Assembly (NCBI GenBank): GCA_963845145.1
Contig: CAWJQU010000002.1
Coordinates: 448,001-512,000, forward strand
Source: an uncultured delta proteobacterium
GTDB taxonomy: Bacteria > Desulfobacterota > Desulfobacteria > Desulfobacterales > QNYZ01
DNA length: 64,000 bases
Direction of reading: 5' to 3'
The notes under the pieces were generated by a model that worked only from the letters and a program-made list of their open reading frames with translations, searched no databases and was not told the DNA's origin. This document shows, piece by piece, positions 52,057 through 63,185 of the stretch (position 1 is the stretch's first letter; each line of letters starts with the position of its first letter). The position numbers were made by a program, and so were the translations under genes.

Positions 52057-53490
52057 TCATCCGTGAATCGGATGCCCCTGGGCCTTATGGGCCGCCTCTA
52101 GCATTACTTCGGCCATGGTGGGGTGGGCATGAATCGTTTCCGCGATATCGGCGACGGTCAAACCCTTCTGGATCGCCAACGTCCCTTCGGCAATTAAGTC
52201 GGTGGCATGGGCTCCCACCAAATGGACACCCAGCACCCGGCCACTACCGGCTTCGGAAATAATTTTCGCCTCCCCGGCCAATTCACCCAGCACCTGGGCC
52301 TTGCCTAAGGTCCGCATCAAAACCTTATGGGCTTCAAAATCAATTCCCTGCGCCTTTGCCTGGGCTTCGGTCAGGCCGACATTGGCCACTTCCGGTGAGG
52401 TAAATATCGCCCCCGGCACCGCATGGTAATCCATTCGGCGGTTGGCACCCATGGCGTTCTCAGCGGCTACCATGCCCTCGGTGGAAGCCACATGGGCCAG
52501 CATAACCTTAGACGGCCCGAGAATGTCGCCGACGGCAAAAATATTTTTCATGTTGGTACGCATTTGATCGTCGGTCTGGATCCATCCTTTTTCATCCAGC
52601 TGAATGCCGTTTTGTTTCAGGCCGATTCCCGTACTGTTGGGTTGACGCCCAATACACACAAGCATTCGATCCACCAACAAAGATTGGGGTGTCTTTTCTT
52701 TTTCAGTCGGATTTTCCAGAAACGGGGAGGGCCCGAGGGTCACCTTCAATTGGTCACCATCATCCGTATAAGCAGCCACGGTGCGGTTAACCAGTAAGCC
52801 AATCCGGCGTTTTTTCATTTCCCGCTGCATAATTTTGGCGCAACCCTCATCCACCGACGGCAAAGGTAGCAATCGTGACAAGGCTTCCACCACCGTAACC
52901 TTGGCGCCTAAAGATGAGAGAATAAAGGCAAACTCACATCCGATAACACCCCCTCCCAGAATAAGGACTGATTCCGGAACCGTTTCAAGATTGAGGGCAT
53001 GATTGCTTGATAACACTTTTTGCCCATCAAAGGGATAGGCTGCCATATTCAGCGGCCGGGTGCCGGTAGCCAATATTAAACGATCCCATTCGATCTCCAA
53101 ACCCTTGTGCTCGCCGGAGGTCACAACCACACGTCCCGGCTGCATGATTTTCCCCGTACCGGCTCGGTGCTGAATGTTATGTCGCTTTAACAAGCCGTAG
53201 ATTCCCTTGATCTGGTTCTCCACAACAGTTGTTTTCCGGTTCATGAGGGCCGCCATATCGACTTTCACCGACCCGTCAATGGTGATACCGAAAGATTTAG
53301 CCTCGTGGTATTTATCCAATAAGTTGGCCGTATTGATCAGCACTTTTGAAGGGATGCATCCCCAGTTTAAACAGGTACCACCAACTTCGTCGGCCTCAAT
53401 CAGGGTCACATCCGCACCCAATTGCGCCGCTCGAATCGCCGCCACATAGCCACCGGGCCCAGCTCCGAGAATCGTTATTTTCGTTGTCAT
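52057..53490 (-). CDS. lpdA: Dihydrolipoyl dehydrogenase
   Basis: GAGPGGY, GGTCLNWGCIPSK, GGGVIGCE, HAHPTMAE. Confidence 0.96.
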   Translation of the reverse strand: MTTKITILGAGPGGYVAAIRAAQLGADVTLIEADEVGGTCLNWGCIPSKVLINTANLLDKYHEAKSFGITIDGSVKVDMAALMNRKTTVVENQIKGIYGLLKRHNIQHRAGTGKIMQPGRVVVTSGEHKGLEIEWDRLILATGTRPLNMAAYPFDGQKVLSSNHALNLETVPESVLILGGGVIGCEFAFILSSLGAKVTVVEALSRLLPLPSVDEGCAKIMQREMKKRRIGLLVNRTVAAYTDDGDQLKVTLGPSPFLENPTEKEKTPQSLLVDRMLVCIGRQPNSTGIGLKQNGIQLDEKGWIQTDDQMRTNMKNIFAVGDILGPSKVMLAHVASTEGMVAAENAMGANRRMDYHAVPGAIFTSPEVANVGLTEAQAKAQGIDFEAHKVLMRTLGKAQVLGELAGEAKIISEAGSGRVLGVHLVGAHATDLIAEGTLAIQKGLTVADIAETIHAHPTMAEVMLEAAHKAQGHPIHG

Positions 53491-53713
53491 GGTCGTGTCT
53501 GCTCCGATATTTTGGGGCCAAAAAAGGTCATAAACTTTAGAACAATCTACCAAAACAAATGCTTTAGCACAAGCATGCTGAGTTACTGTCGAACCTTAAA
53601 AAAAGACGGATATTTACAATAGTGGCGATTATCTTTATAGTGCGCCAGGATCAAATTAAAGTTGAATTGGATAGAAAACATCCATTCAAAACGGTAAAAA
53701 AGGAGGCTGTGCC

Positions 53714-54121
53714 ATGAAAGAGATCAGCGAACTGACATTTCCCGACAACCTGCGCTATACCGAGGACCATGAGTGGGTCAAGCAAGATGGTGAAAAGTTA
53801 AAAATTGGAATCTCCGACTATGCCCAGGACCAACTGGGCGATATCGTCTTTGTGGAGCTACCCGAAGTAGGGACGACTTTTGAAAAGGGGAACGAGTTCG
53901 GTACGGTGGAGTCCGTCAAAGCCGTTTCCGAGCTGTACATGCCGGCAAGCGGTGAGGTAACCGCCATAAATGAAACCCTGGAGGACTCCCCGGAATCGGT
54001 AAACAGTAGTCCTTACACCGATGGATGGATGATCGAAGTAAGTCCAGGCAATACCGATGAAGTTGATGCCATGCTGGACAAGGACGCATATGTGAAAATG
54101 CTGGAAGGACCGGATTCATAA
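53714..54121 (+). CDS. gcvH: Glycine cleavage system H protein
   Basis: YTEDHEW, GISDYAQDQLGDIVFVELP, lipoyl-Lys VESVKAVS, NSSPY.GW. Confidence 0.96.
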   Translation: MKEISELTFPDNLRYTEDHEWVKQDGEKLKIGISDYAQDQLGDIVFVELPEVGTTFEKGNEFGTVESVKAVSELYMPASGEVTAINETLEDSPESVNSSPYTDGWMIEVSPGNTDEVDAMLDKDAYVKMLEGPDS

Positions 54122-54132
54122 GGACAGGATTC

Positions 54133-54243
54133 ATGAGGTATCTTCCTCATACCGATGAAGAAATTGCCGACATGCTCCGGGCCGTTGGTTTTGGCCACCT
54201 GGATGAAACTTTGGCCGCCCGAAACCCCAAATTAGATAAATGA
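54133..54243 (+). pseudogene. gcvPA: Truncated gcvPA N-terminal remnant (36 codons)
   Basis: My translation MRYLPHTDEEIADMLRAVGFGHLDE.. matches the typical GcvPA start; directly follows gcvH; not in the ORF track. Confidence 0.8.
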
Positions 54244-54311
54244 GTTATTCGTCGACCAGTCAGCCAGTAGGCCGCCCTCCCCTTCACTGGTGAACCGACA
54301 GGAGGGTCTAC

Positions 54312-56069
54312 GTGCCAGCGCTTCAGGTATTGCCCATGAAAAACAAGCATCACGCTTCAAATATGAGCCAACCGCAGTTATGCTGGGCTGTCGATCTACC
54401 CGTATCGGATTATCGCGAGATACACCGGTTGCAACTGGATATGGTTGCCGCCAGATATTCCGGTGATCTGGATCGGGACGCCATTTTCATTCTGGAACAC
54501 GAACCCGTTTTTACACTTGGACGTAACGGCAAGCGTCACCACCTGATTGTCGATACCAACCTTTCGTCCGAAAAAGAGATTCCGGTCATTCGTATCGAAC
54601 GCGGGGGAGAAATCACTTACCATGGCCCGGGGCAAGTGGTGGGGTACCCGATCATCAACTTGAAGTCCGCCGGATTGTCGGTAAAAGGTTATGTGACCGC
54701 TTTGGAGGAAATCATGATCCGGACCGCCAAAGATTTCGGCATCACGGCCAGACGCAAAACGATCAATCCCGGGGTCTGGGTAGCAGAAAGGAAACTGGGC
54801 AGCGTGGGAGTGGCCGTCCGTCACGGCATTACCTTTCACGGCTTTGCATTGAATATCAATCCCGACCTTGCCCCTTTTTCCCGGATTAACCCCTGCGGCC
54901 TTGAAGGGGTTGAAATGACCTCGTTTGAAAAGGAAGGCGCCGCAAATGTATCGACGTCGGCCGTTCGCAAACAAATTTGGCATCATCTGGCTGAACAAAT
55001 ACACTGTCAATTGGATTATATCGGCCTGTCCGATCTACCGTTAGGCCAGTCCGATCTACCGGTGGGCCTTTCCGCCAAACAACAGTCAATCAGTAGACCG
55101 GATAATCTGTCAACCGCTGATAAAGGCCGCCAGACTATCAGATTAACCGCTCAATCGCCTACCAGCCCACCGACTAACGGACGAACCGGCAAACCGAATT
55201 GGTTGCGCCGGCGCCTGCCTTCCGGGCCGGAACATGAAAAGGTGCGTAATCTCATTCATGAAAAAGGGCTGCACACCGTTTGCCAGCAGGCCAAATGCCC
55301 GAACCAGTTTGAATGTTTTTCACAGCAGACGGCCACCTTTTTAATTTTAGGGGATCGCTGCACGCGCAATTGCGGTTTCTGCAATGTGCCACCCGGCCCC
55401 GACCAGCCGCCGAATCCAAAAGAGCCGCAAAACGTGGCCGAAGCCGCACGCAAAATGAAACTGACCTATGTGGTCATTACCTCGGTAACACGCGACGACC
55501 TTCCCGACGGCGGCGCCGCTCATTTTGCCGATACGATCCACGATGTCCGAGAAGCCATTGAGGGTGTCCAGGTCGAAGTCCTGATTCCCGATTTCCAGGG
55601 CGACGAGAATGCATTGAATACCGTATTGGCCGCCGGCCCCGATGTGCTCAATCATAATGTTGAAACCGTTCGCCGCCTCTACCCTTTGGTTCGGCCCCAG
55701 GCTGACTACAGGCAGTCCCTTACCCTTTTAAGACGTGTCAGTAATCATCATTCGGCCATCCCCGCCAAATCCGGTATCATGCTCGGTCTGGGCGAAACCG
55801 ACGCGGAGATCAAACGATGCCTTGAGGATATCCTTGATACCGGCTGCCATATACTTACCATAGGCCAATACCTCCAACCCACCCGCAACCACCTGCCGGT
55901 CACCCGGTTCGTCCCACCCCAAGAGTTTGACGACTGGCGATCAACGGCCATAAAACTGGGATTCGGAAATGTGGCCAGTGGACCGTTTGTTCGCAGTTCT
56001 TACCATGCCAAAGATCTATATAGAGAAAGCGGGACTTCCAGAAACAATAGCCTTGATTACCATCTCTAA
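54312..56069 (+). CDS. lipA: Fused lipoyl(octanoyl)transferase LipB - lipoyl synthase LipA
   Basis: LEHEPVFTLG, RGGEITYHGPGQ, HGFALN..INPCG (LipB); TVCQQAKCPNQFEC, CTRNCGFC, VRSSYHA (LipA); GGAGG RBS. Confidence 0.93.
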   Translation: MPALQVLPMKNKHHASNMSQPQLCWAVDLPVSDYREIHRLQLDMVAARYSGDLDRDAIFILEHEPVFTLGRNGKRHHLIVDTNLSSEKEIPVIRIERGGEITYHGPGQVVGYPIINLKSAGLSVKGYVTALEEIMIRTAKDFGITARRKTINPGVWVAERKLGSVGVAVRHGITFHGFALNINPDLAPFSRINPCGLEGVEMTSFEKEGAANVSTSAVRKQIWHHLAEQIHCQLDYIGLSDLPLGQSDLPVGLSAKQQSISRPDNLSTADKGRQTIRLTAQSPTSPPTNGRTGKPNWLRRRLPSGPEHEKVRNLIHEKGLHTVCQQAKCPNQFECFSQQTATFLILGDRCTRNCGFCNVPPGPDQPPNPKEPQNVAEAARKMKLTYVVITSVTRDDLPDGGAAHFADTIHDVREAIEGVQVEVLIPDFQGDENALNTVLAAGPDVLNHNVETVRRLYPLVRPQADYRQSLTLLRRVSNHHSAIPAKSGIMLGLGETDAEIKRCLEDILDTGCHILTIGQYLQPTRNHLPVTRFVPPQEFDDWRSTAIKLGFGNVASGPFVRSSYHAKDLYRESGTSRNNSLDYHL

Positions 56070-56122
56070 ACAGAAATTTTCAGGATGAAAGCTTGCAATG
56101 ATAACCACAAGGGAGGTCGATT

Positions 56123-56680
56123 GTGAAAAACTATAAAATTAAAGATTTGATGGTACCTAAATCAGAGTATGCGGTCATAGGGGAAAACGCCAGCATCATT
56201 GAGGCCGTGGAAGCGCTCGAAAAAGCACAAGAAGAGTTTGATACAACACGCTACCGCCATCGCGGTATTCTTGTGGAAGATAAAAACGGTAAAATTGTCG
56301 GCAAACTCGGACAACTGGATATCCTAAGATCCCTTGAGCCCAAATATGAAAAAATTCAGGACAAAAGCAGCGGTATGATGAAATATGGGTTTAGCCGGAA
56401 ATTCTTATCTTCCATGATTGAAGACTATAACCTTTTTGACAAACCCTTTGATGATATCTGCAAAAAATCCCATAATGAGAAAGTCGCCAAATACATGCAC
56501 ACGCCCCTGGAGGGCGAATATGTCAATGTGGACGCATCTCTGGACGAAGCGATCCATTTACTGGTGGTTGGCCATCATCAGTCGCTGTTGGTTTTGCAGG
56601 ATGAAAAAATTATCGGTATTTTGCGCTTGACGGATGTTTTTGCCGCTGTGTTCCATGCCACAAGGGCATGCGGCCTGTAA
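56123..56680 (+). CDS. CBS-pair protein
   Basis: IKDLMVP..A.I.EAVEAL..GKIVGKL..DIL; second CBS SLDEAIHLL..IIGILRLTDVF. Confidence 0.85.
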   Translation: MKNYKIKDLMVPKSEYAVIGENASIIEAVEALEKAQEEFDTTRYRHRGILVEDKNGKIVGKLGQLDILRSLEPKYEKIQDKSSGMMKYGFSRKFLSSMIEDYNLFDKPFDDICKKSHNEKVAKYMHTPLEGEYVNVDASLDEAIHLLVVGHHQSLLVLQDEKIIGILRLTDVFAAVFHATRACGL

Positions 56681-56731
56681 AACAGCCTAAAAAAGATTAA
56701 AACAAAATTACTGCCTAATGAGGGAAAATAG

Positions 56732-58201
56732 ATGACAACGGATGCTGCCGGGATGGAAGGCTATACGGTTAACTGGCGTAAAATGGTGTTTTTATTATTG
56801 GGTATTTCACTATTTGCCATTGTGTATTATTCTCCATCGTGGCCCGATGCGGTCGACCCCATGGGAAAACACTTCTCACTGAGCCGCGAAGCAAAGGGCG
56901 CATTAGCCATTTTCTTACTGGCCGGGACCTGGTGGGTTTTTGAAGTAATACCCATCGGTGTCACCAGCCTGGCCATCGGTGTATTACAGACCCTTTTTCT
57001 GATTCGACCGGCCAAAGTCGCTTTCACCGATTTCATGGTGCCGTCGGTGATGTTTATTTTTGCCTCCATCATGATCGGTTTGGTGTTCACCAAGACCGGC
57101 CTCACCAAACGTCTGGCCTATAAGATGTTGATTATCGTGGGGGAAAAAACCAGCATGATCTACCTCGGCTGTTTTGTGGTCACGGCAGCTTTGGCCCACA
57201 TCATGGCGCACACTGCCGTGGCGGCAACCATCTATCCCCTGCTCGTCTCCATCTACGCCCTATATGGCGAGGGCGATAAAAAAACCAAGTTCGGTAAAGG
57301 GTTGTTTATGGGTATGGCCTATGTGGCCGGCGCCGGCAGCATCGTCACCTTGCTGGGAGCCGCACGTGGCGCCGTCGCGTTGGATTTCTACAAAGGTATT
57401 ATGAACCAGGATATCTCCTTTTTTCAGTTGAGCTATTATATGTTCCCTATTGGCTGGGTGATGACTTTCCTATTGTGGGGCTTTTTTATGATATTTTGCA
57501 AACCCGAGAAAAAAAGCATTCCGGGCCTTCGGGAGAAAGCCAAACGCCTCAATAAAGCCCTCGGCCCCATCACCAGGGATGAGATAACAGCCGCTGTCAT
57601 CGTCTTTAGCTGCATTTTGGTCATGTCCCTCAGGTCTTTTATTCCGGCCCTGCAGCCGGTTGACAAGACAGGCATTATATTAATCTCCACGATCTTGTTC
57701 TTCATTACAGGAATTATGGATATCAATGATTTAGAAGAAGTACCCTGGAATATTATTTTATTATTCGCCGGGGCCATGAGTATTGGTAACTGCCTTTGGG
57801 AGACAGGCGCGGCCAACTGGTTGGCGGTTAATTGGCTGGTCATGTTTCAAAATGCCCATTGGTTCATATTTGTGATGGGCATCACCTTTTTTGTTTTAAT
57901 GATGACCAACTTTATCATGAACGTGGCCGCCATCGCCATCTCTTTACCGGTGGCCTTGGTTATCGCGCCTTATTTGGGTGTCGCCGGAGAAGTTATTCTG
58001 TTTGCCGCCCTGGTGGCAGCCGGTATGCCGTTTCTCCTTCTGGTAGGGGCGGCCCCCAACGCCATTGCATATGACTCGAAACAATTTACCACCGGTGAAT
58101 TTTTTCTATATGGTATTCCGGCCAGTGTTTTGCTGATGATTATTACCGGCCTGGCCGTTTATTTTCTGTGGCCGCTGATGGGGATGCCTGTTACGTTGTA
58201 G
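56732..58201 (+). CDS. SLC13/DASS anion:cation symporter
   Basis: WWVFEVIPIGVTSL, GLTKRLA, VPWNIILLFAG, GAAPNAIAY; many TMs. Confidence 0.9.
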   Translation: MTTDAAGMEGYTVNWRKMVFLLLGISLFAIVYYSPSWPDAVDPMGKHFSLSREAKGALAIFLLAGTWWVFEVIPIGVTSLAIGVLQTLFLIRPAKVAFTDFMVPSVMFIFASIMIGLVFTKTGLTKRLAYKMLIIVGEKTSMIYLGCFVVTAALAHIMAHTAVAATIYPLLVSIYALYGEGDKKTKFGKGLFMGMAYVAGAGSIVTLLGAARGAVALDFYKGIMNQDISFFQLSYYMFPIGWVMTFLLWGFFMIFCKPEKKSIPGLREKAKRLNKALGPITRDEITAAVIVFSCILVMSLRSFIPALQPVDKTGIILISTILFFITGIMDINDLEEVPWNIILLFAGAMSIGNCLWETGAANWLAVNWLVMFQNAHWFIFVMGITFFVLMMTNFIMNVAAIAISLPVALVIAPYLGVAGEVILFAALVAAGMPFLLLVGAAPNAIAYDSKQFTTGEFFLYGIPASVLLMIITGLAVYFLWPLMGMPVTL

Positions 58202-58206
58202 GCTTG

Positions 58207-60172
58207 ATGGTTAAAATCACTCAAATTAGGCCATAAACGCTTTGGGCTCAATCTCAAGTTGTATTCAAGTTATGGAAGCCTTGTGATCCTGGCGGCCCTG
58301 CTTGGATCAGGCGCCTATTTTTACCTGAAAAATGTGAATGGAAAAGGCCACCTGGAAACCGCATTTTTGGAACTTTCCAACATGACTAACAGCATTCAGG
58401 CTGCCCAAGGTGAGTTTCTCTTACACGGCATCGAAAACAAGGCTTATGGTGATAAGCAGGTCGATAAGATCAAAAATATCATCGCCGAATACACAGAAGA
58501 TCTCACATCCATCAAGGCAAATGCCTTCCTTGAGATCAACCAGACTGAAAAAATTAGCGACCTTGAGATTGCGGTTACCGGCTATTCCAAAAAGTTTGAA
58601 GAATTGGTAACAGCCTACCATGGCATCGAAATAAACAAAGAAAGTTTCGATGCTATCGGTACCCGCATGGAGGTGGCCTTAGAAGAGATGACGGCGCACC
58701 ACGAGGCTGAATTGGTTCGTCTGGAATCCGCCGGCAGCGACCAGCAGGGCATTATTTATCAGACCCGCGTCATTGAGCACCTGACCAAAGCCGGGATCAA
58801 TGCCCTTAAGGTGTCGCGTGACGAAACCGAATTCCTTTTGACCAAAAATGCCGACCTTGTCCAGCATTTGGATCAAAACCTGGGGCTTTTAAAAACCTAT
58901 ATTGCGGCACTCAGCAAGGAGCTTGAAGAACCCGAAGAGAAAACAAGGCTTGCAAAAATTGAAGGCGAACTGGAAAACTACACCACCATGCTTAAAACCA
59001 TGATTCACGAAGAGGCCATCGTAGAGAAAGATACCTTCGAAATGGTCGAAATTTTACATAGGATCATGGCCCTGAGCGCCGTCCTGTCACACGACACTGA
59101 AATTGAGGCGGACGGCATGACGCACGAAGCCGAGATTACTTTGATCGCCCTGATCGCAATTGTCCTGACAACTGGAGCGCTGCTATCCTTTTTTGTTGCA
59201 CGAAGTATTTCAAAACCTGTCAGAAAAGCGATTCTAAGCATTAATGAAGGGTCGGATCAAGTCGCCTCAGCCTCCGGGGAGGTATCTCAAGCCAGTCAAT
59301 CATTGGCCGAAGGGTCATCTGAACAGGCGGCTTCCATTGAAGATACCTCTTCATCACTGGAAGAGATGTCCTCGATGACCAGTCAGAATGCAGATAATGC
59401 AAACCAAGCGGACAAACTGATGAAAGAAGTCAATGAGGTCGTGGGCCGGGCCAACGAATCCATGACGGAACTGACCGTGTCCATGGAGAAAATATCCAGG
59501 GCCAGTGAAGAGACCTCAAAAATCATCAAGACCATTGATGAAATCGCTTTTCAGACGAATCTGCTGGCATTAAACGCCGCCGTGGAAGCAGCGAGAGCAG
59601 GTGAAGCCGGAGCCGGATTTGCCGTGGTGGCCGACGAAGTCAGAAATTTGGCCATGCGTGCGGCCGAGGCGGCTAAAAATACCGCCGCATTGATCGACGG
59701 AACGGTTAAAAAAGTCAGCGACGGTTCCCAGCTCGTGGGACGTACCAATGAAGCCTTTACCCAGGTAGCGCAGAGCGCTTCTAAAGTCGGCGAGTTGGTC
59801 GCGGAAATTGCTTCGGCCTCAAGTGAACAGGCCCAGGGTATCGAGCAGGTTAACACCGCCGTGTCTGAAATGGACAAGGTCACCCAGAAAAATGCGGCCA
59901 ATGCCGAAGAGTCGGCTTCCGCTTCCGAAGAGCTGAATGCCCAGGCCGAACAGATGAAAACGATTGTCGTTGAATTAGCAGCATTGGTCGGCAGCTATCA
60001 TAAGGGCGCAAAACCTACCGGGGCGGTGAATAAAAATTCATCTGCCGGCCGACTTAAGAAGGCTTTGGCGAAATCACCGGGACGGAATAAAAAACCCAAC
60101 CTCCAACAACCTGATCAAACCATGGCCGCACAAACAATCCCCTTCGATGAAGATGTTTTTAAGGAATTTTAA
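58207..60172 (+). CDS. Methyl-accepting chemotaxis protein
   Basis: Two TMs; [41 protein letters not shown]-terminal FKEF pentapeptide-like tail. ATG 58207 is one base out of frame with LKSLKLGHK.. (probable indel). Confidence 0.92.
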
Positions 60173-60227
60173 GTTACCACAATAGGGCGCTGTGAAGGCT
60201 CTTTCCATCGCCCCGGTAAGAAATTAT

Positions 60228-60263
60228 CGCAACGCCGACCCGGAAACCCGGGCCGGCGTTGCG
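60228..60263. terminator. GC-rich hairpin downstream of the MCP
   Basis: CGCAACGCCG-A-CCCGG-AAAC-CCGGG-C-CGGCGTTGCG. Confidence 0.55.
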
Positions 60264-60571
60264 CCATATATAGTAAAGCTGAACAATAACGCCTCTTATT
60301 ACCGCTTCAAAGATTGTTCATTAACAGACCTTTTATGGCAGAACCGTGCGATAACTACCTGATATTTTATTCTATACTTACAATTGACTTGCAAACCCCC
60401 TTTTAATATTGTATGATTTTCTTGGTTTCTTATCATCCTGGATGATATGAACACGCGCATTATATGAGAAACGGTCGTCGCTTTTAACCGCCTGCGCATG
60501 ATATTATAAAGGCGCCGTATGGGGTGATTTTGTACGTTTATTCTGCATCATCGAACCAAAGGAGATGAAAA

Positions 60572-61351
60572 ATGGGGAAAATTTGGAATGCGATTCGCGC
60601 CCAGTTCAATAAGCTGGCTAATTTTTTCTGGACCATGGACCCCATTGCCCAGATGCAGCTGGAATATGACAACGCTGTTGCCCAATTAAAAGATGGGCGA
60701 AAAGGTCTGGAACAATATCGAGGTCTGGTTGAACGCGTGACGCGTCAGGTGGGGCATCTTGAAAAACAGGAACAGCGGCTGACAGCAAAGATTAAGGCGT
60801 ATTTAAAAGCGGGCGACCGAAAAACTGCGGGCCAATTGGCCATCCAGTTGCAGGAAACCCAACAAGAACGGGTTGAAAATGCGGAACAACTTCAAATTCA
60901 CGAAAAAGCCTATAATAATAATTTGGAAAAAATAAAACACTCTTCTAAAAAGCTGCAAAAGGTTCAGGAAAAAATAAAGAAATATCAGGCGGAATTGAAA
61001 ATGACCAAGGCCGAAGCGGAATTGGCCCGTTTAAGCCAAACCTTCGATTTCGACATAACGACCGATTTCGGGCAGCTGGAACAGATCATCCATGACAAAA
61101 TCGATCTGAATCGTGGGGCGGTTCGCGTGGCGGCTGATTTGTCCGAACGGGGCCTTGATGAAATTCACGCGGAAAAAGCCATGGAGGAGTCGATGGCCGA
61201 GGATCTGTTAACCCGGTTTGAAGTGGATATGGGTTTGAAAACGCCGGAAACCGCAAATATTGAATCCACTGTGGAAAGATTGGGGCCGGAAAAAGAAACG
61301 CATACCGAAACCCGGAGAGATGGAGAACCCGTAATACAGAAAGAAAGATAA
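60572..61351 (+). CDS. PspA/IM30 (ESCRT-III-like) family protein
   Basis: Amphipathic N-terminal helix MGKIWNAIRAQFNKLANFF, DP motif, long coiled coil, AYLKAGDRKTAGQLA hairpin; GGAG RBS. Confidence 0.8.
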   Translation: MGKIWNAIRAQFNKLANFFWTMDPIAQMQLEYDNAVAQLKDGRKGLEQYRGLVERVTRQVGHLEKQEQRLTAKIKAYLKAGDRKTAGQLAIQLQETQQERVENAEQLQIHEKAYNNNLEKIKHSSKKLQKVQEKIKKYQAELKMTKAEAELARLSQTFDFDITTDFGQLEQIIHDKIDLNRGAVRVAADLSERGLDEIHAEKAMEESMAEDLLTRFEVDMGLKTPETANIESTVERLGPEKETHTETRRDGEPVIQKER

Positions 61352-61385
61352 TTTCAAACGCGCATTTTAAGGGGGAATAAAAACG

Positions 61386-63116
61386 ATGGCGGGCAAACCT
61401 AAACCTGGATTTTGGATTGTAGTGGTAATGGTTGTTTTATCCCTAATCGGATTTCCGCGTATCGGGCGGGGCTTTTTTCAATCGGTGGGACAAGTGACCC
61501 GGCCGGAAAAACCAGCCCGCTGAAAGCCACCAAATCCGTGGCTTCCGGGCAAAAGCTCAACATTACTTTTTATTCATCCAGTGCCAAACGAAACTGGGTG
61601 GATGAAATGGTGAGCCGGTTTAATAGTGGTAATCACACCGTCGGGGGGAAAACCATTGAAGTCAAGCAATTCCATGTCACTTCCGGGGGAAGTTTCAACC
61701 AGATAAAGGAAGGAAAGATACGGCCTGATTTATGGTCGCCAGGGGATGAATCCTGGCTTCGCATGGCCAAAACGTATTTTCGGGATGTGAAGCAGATGGC
61801 GCTTTTTGACACCTTCACACCCCTTGTAAATATTCCCCTTATCGTAGCGATGTGGGAGCCCATGGCAAAAGAGCTGGGTTATCCCAAACCCATTGGGTGG
61901 ACCGATATAGCCAATGTTGCCAAAAACCCCCAGGGATGGGCGGCGTTTGGTCACCCGGAGTGGGGCAAGTTCAGGTGGGGGCATGCCCACCCCGAAGCCA
62001 ATTCAGGTTTTTTAACCATCATTTCCGAGGTATACGCTATAACCGGTAAAACCAAAGGGATCACAAGCGAGGATTTAAAAAATCCAAAGGTCGTCTCCTT
62101 TCTCAAGGACTTTGAAGGGGCCGTAGAGCACTATGGTTTATCCAACAGCTGGATCGATAAATTTATGCATCTAAAAGGTCCCGCCTATCTTTCCGCCTGT
62201 GTCCAATATGAAAATACGATCATCCAGACGAATGAGAAACATAACAATAAACCTTTCAAGCTTGTGGCGATCTACCCCAAGGAGGGTAATTTCTGGACGC
62301 AGCATCCGGTAGCGGTGATAAAGGAAAAATGGATGACACCGGAAAAAGAAAAGGCCTGCAACCAGTTTATTGAATTCCTTTTGAGCGAAGAGGCCCAGGA
62401 AAAAGCGATGCAGATGGGCTTGAGGCCGATACGGCCGAATATGCAAATGGGTAGTCCCTTTGATAGTGAACATGGCGTTATCGCAGACATTACGGCCGAT
62501 AAAATGTTTACAGTGCCCGAGGAGGGCGTCCTGAATCGTATCCGGGATCTCTGGGAAGATGTTAAGGTGCCGGCAACCATTATACTCGTGCTTGATCAGT
62601 CCGGCAGCATGAAAGGGGACCCCATGGACAAGGCCAAAGAAGGGGCAATCCAGTTTGTAAAAAGTATGAAACCCAGGGACCAATTAGAAGTTATCACCTT
62701 CAACAACCAGGTCATGACGCTGACAGCGCTTTGCGATGTCGGCAGAGTGCCGCGAGGAGACAATTAACAAATTGTCCGGTCTTTTCGCTACCGGGGGAAC
62801 GGCCCTTTACGATACGGTCGCCAAGAGCTATGCGAACATCAAAAAATACCAGCGTGAAAAACCAAACCGAAGATACGCGCTCCTTTTGCTGACGGACGGC
62901 AAGGATGAGCACAGCGGAATGAAACGCTACGATTTCCTCGATTTGCTCCCCAAGGGCCAAGAGATAGAAGTACCCAAGATATATACGATCGCTTATGGAG
63001 ACGGTACCGACAAAGACTTATTGGCACAGATTTCAAATCGAACCAATGCCCGATTGTTTGGAAGTACGCCGGAAGAAATAAAAAAGACCTACAGAGAACT
63101 CAGCGCGAACTTCTGA
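61386..63116 (+). CDS. Membrane-anchored substrate-binding-domain + vWA fusion protein (two frameshifts)
   Basis: MAGKPKPGFWIVVVMVVLSLIG TM from ATG 61386; SBP part (PDLWSP, PLIVAMW, HAHP..NSG, IYPKEG); MIDAS DQSGSM..GGTALYDT..LLTDG; breaks near 61453 and 62744. Confidence 0.82.
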
Positions 63117-63185
63117 TTTTTTTTCATAGACAAAGAGAGATGAAGTCCAGATAAACGACCCATAAGAGAGAAACAGGTTGCAAAG

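Noticed and set aside
60334..60350. Sigma-54 promoter for the pspA-like gene (TGGCAGAACCGTGC)
   Set aside because: GG-to-GC spacing is one base short of the strict -24/-12 requirement; TTGCAA-N17-TATGAT at 60389-60417 is a better sigma70-type candidate.
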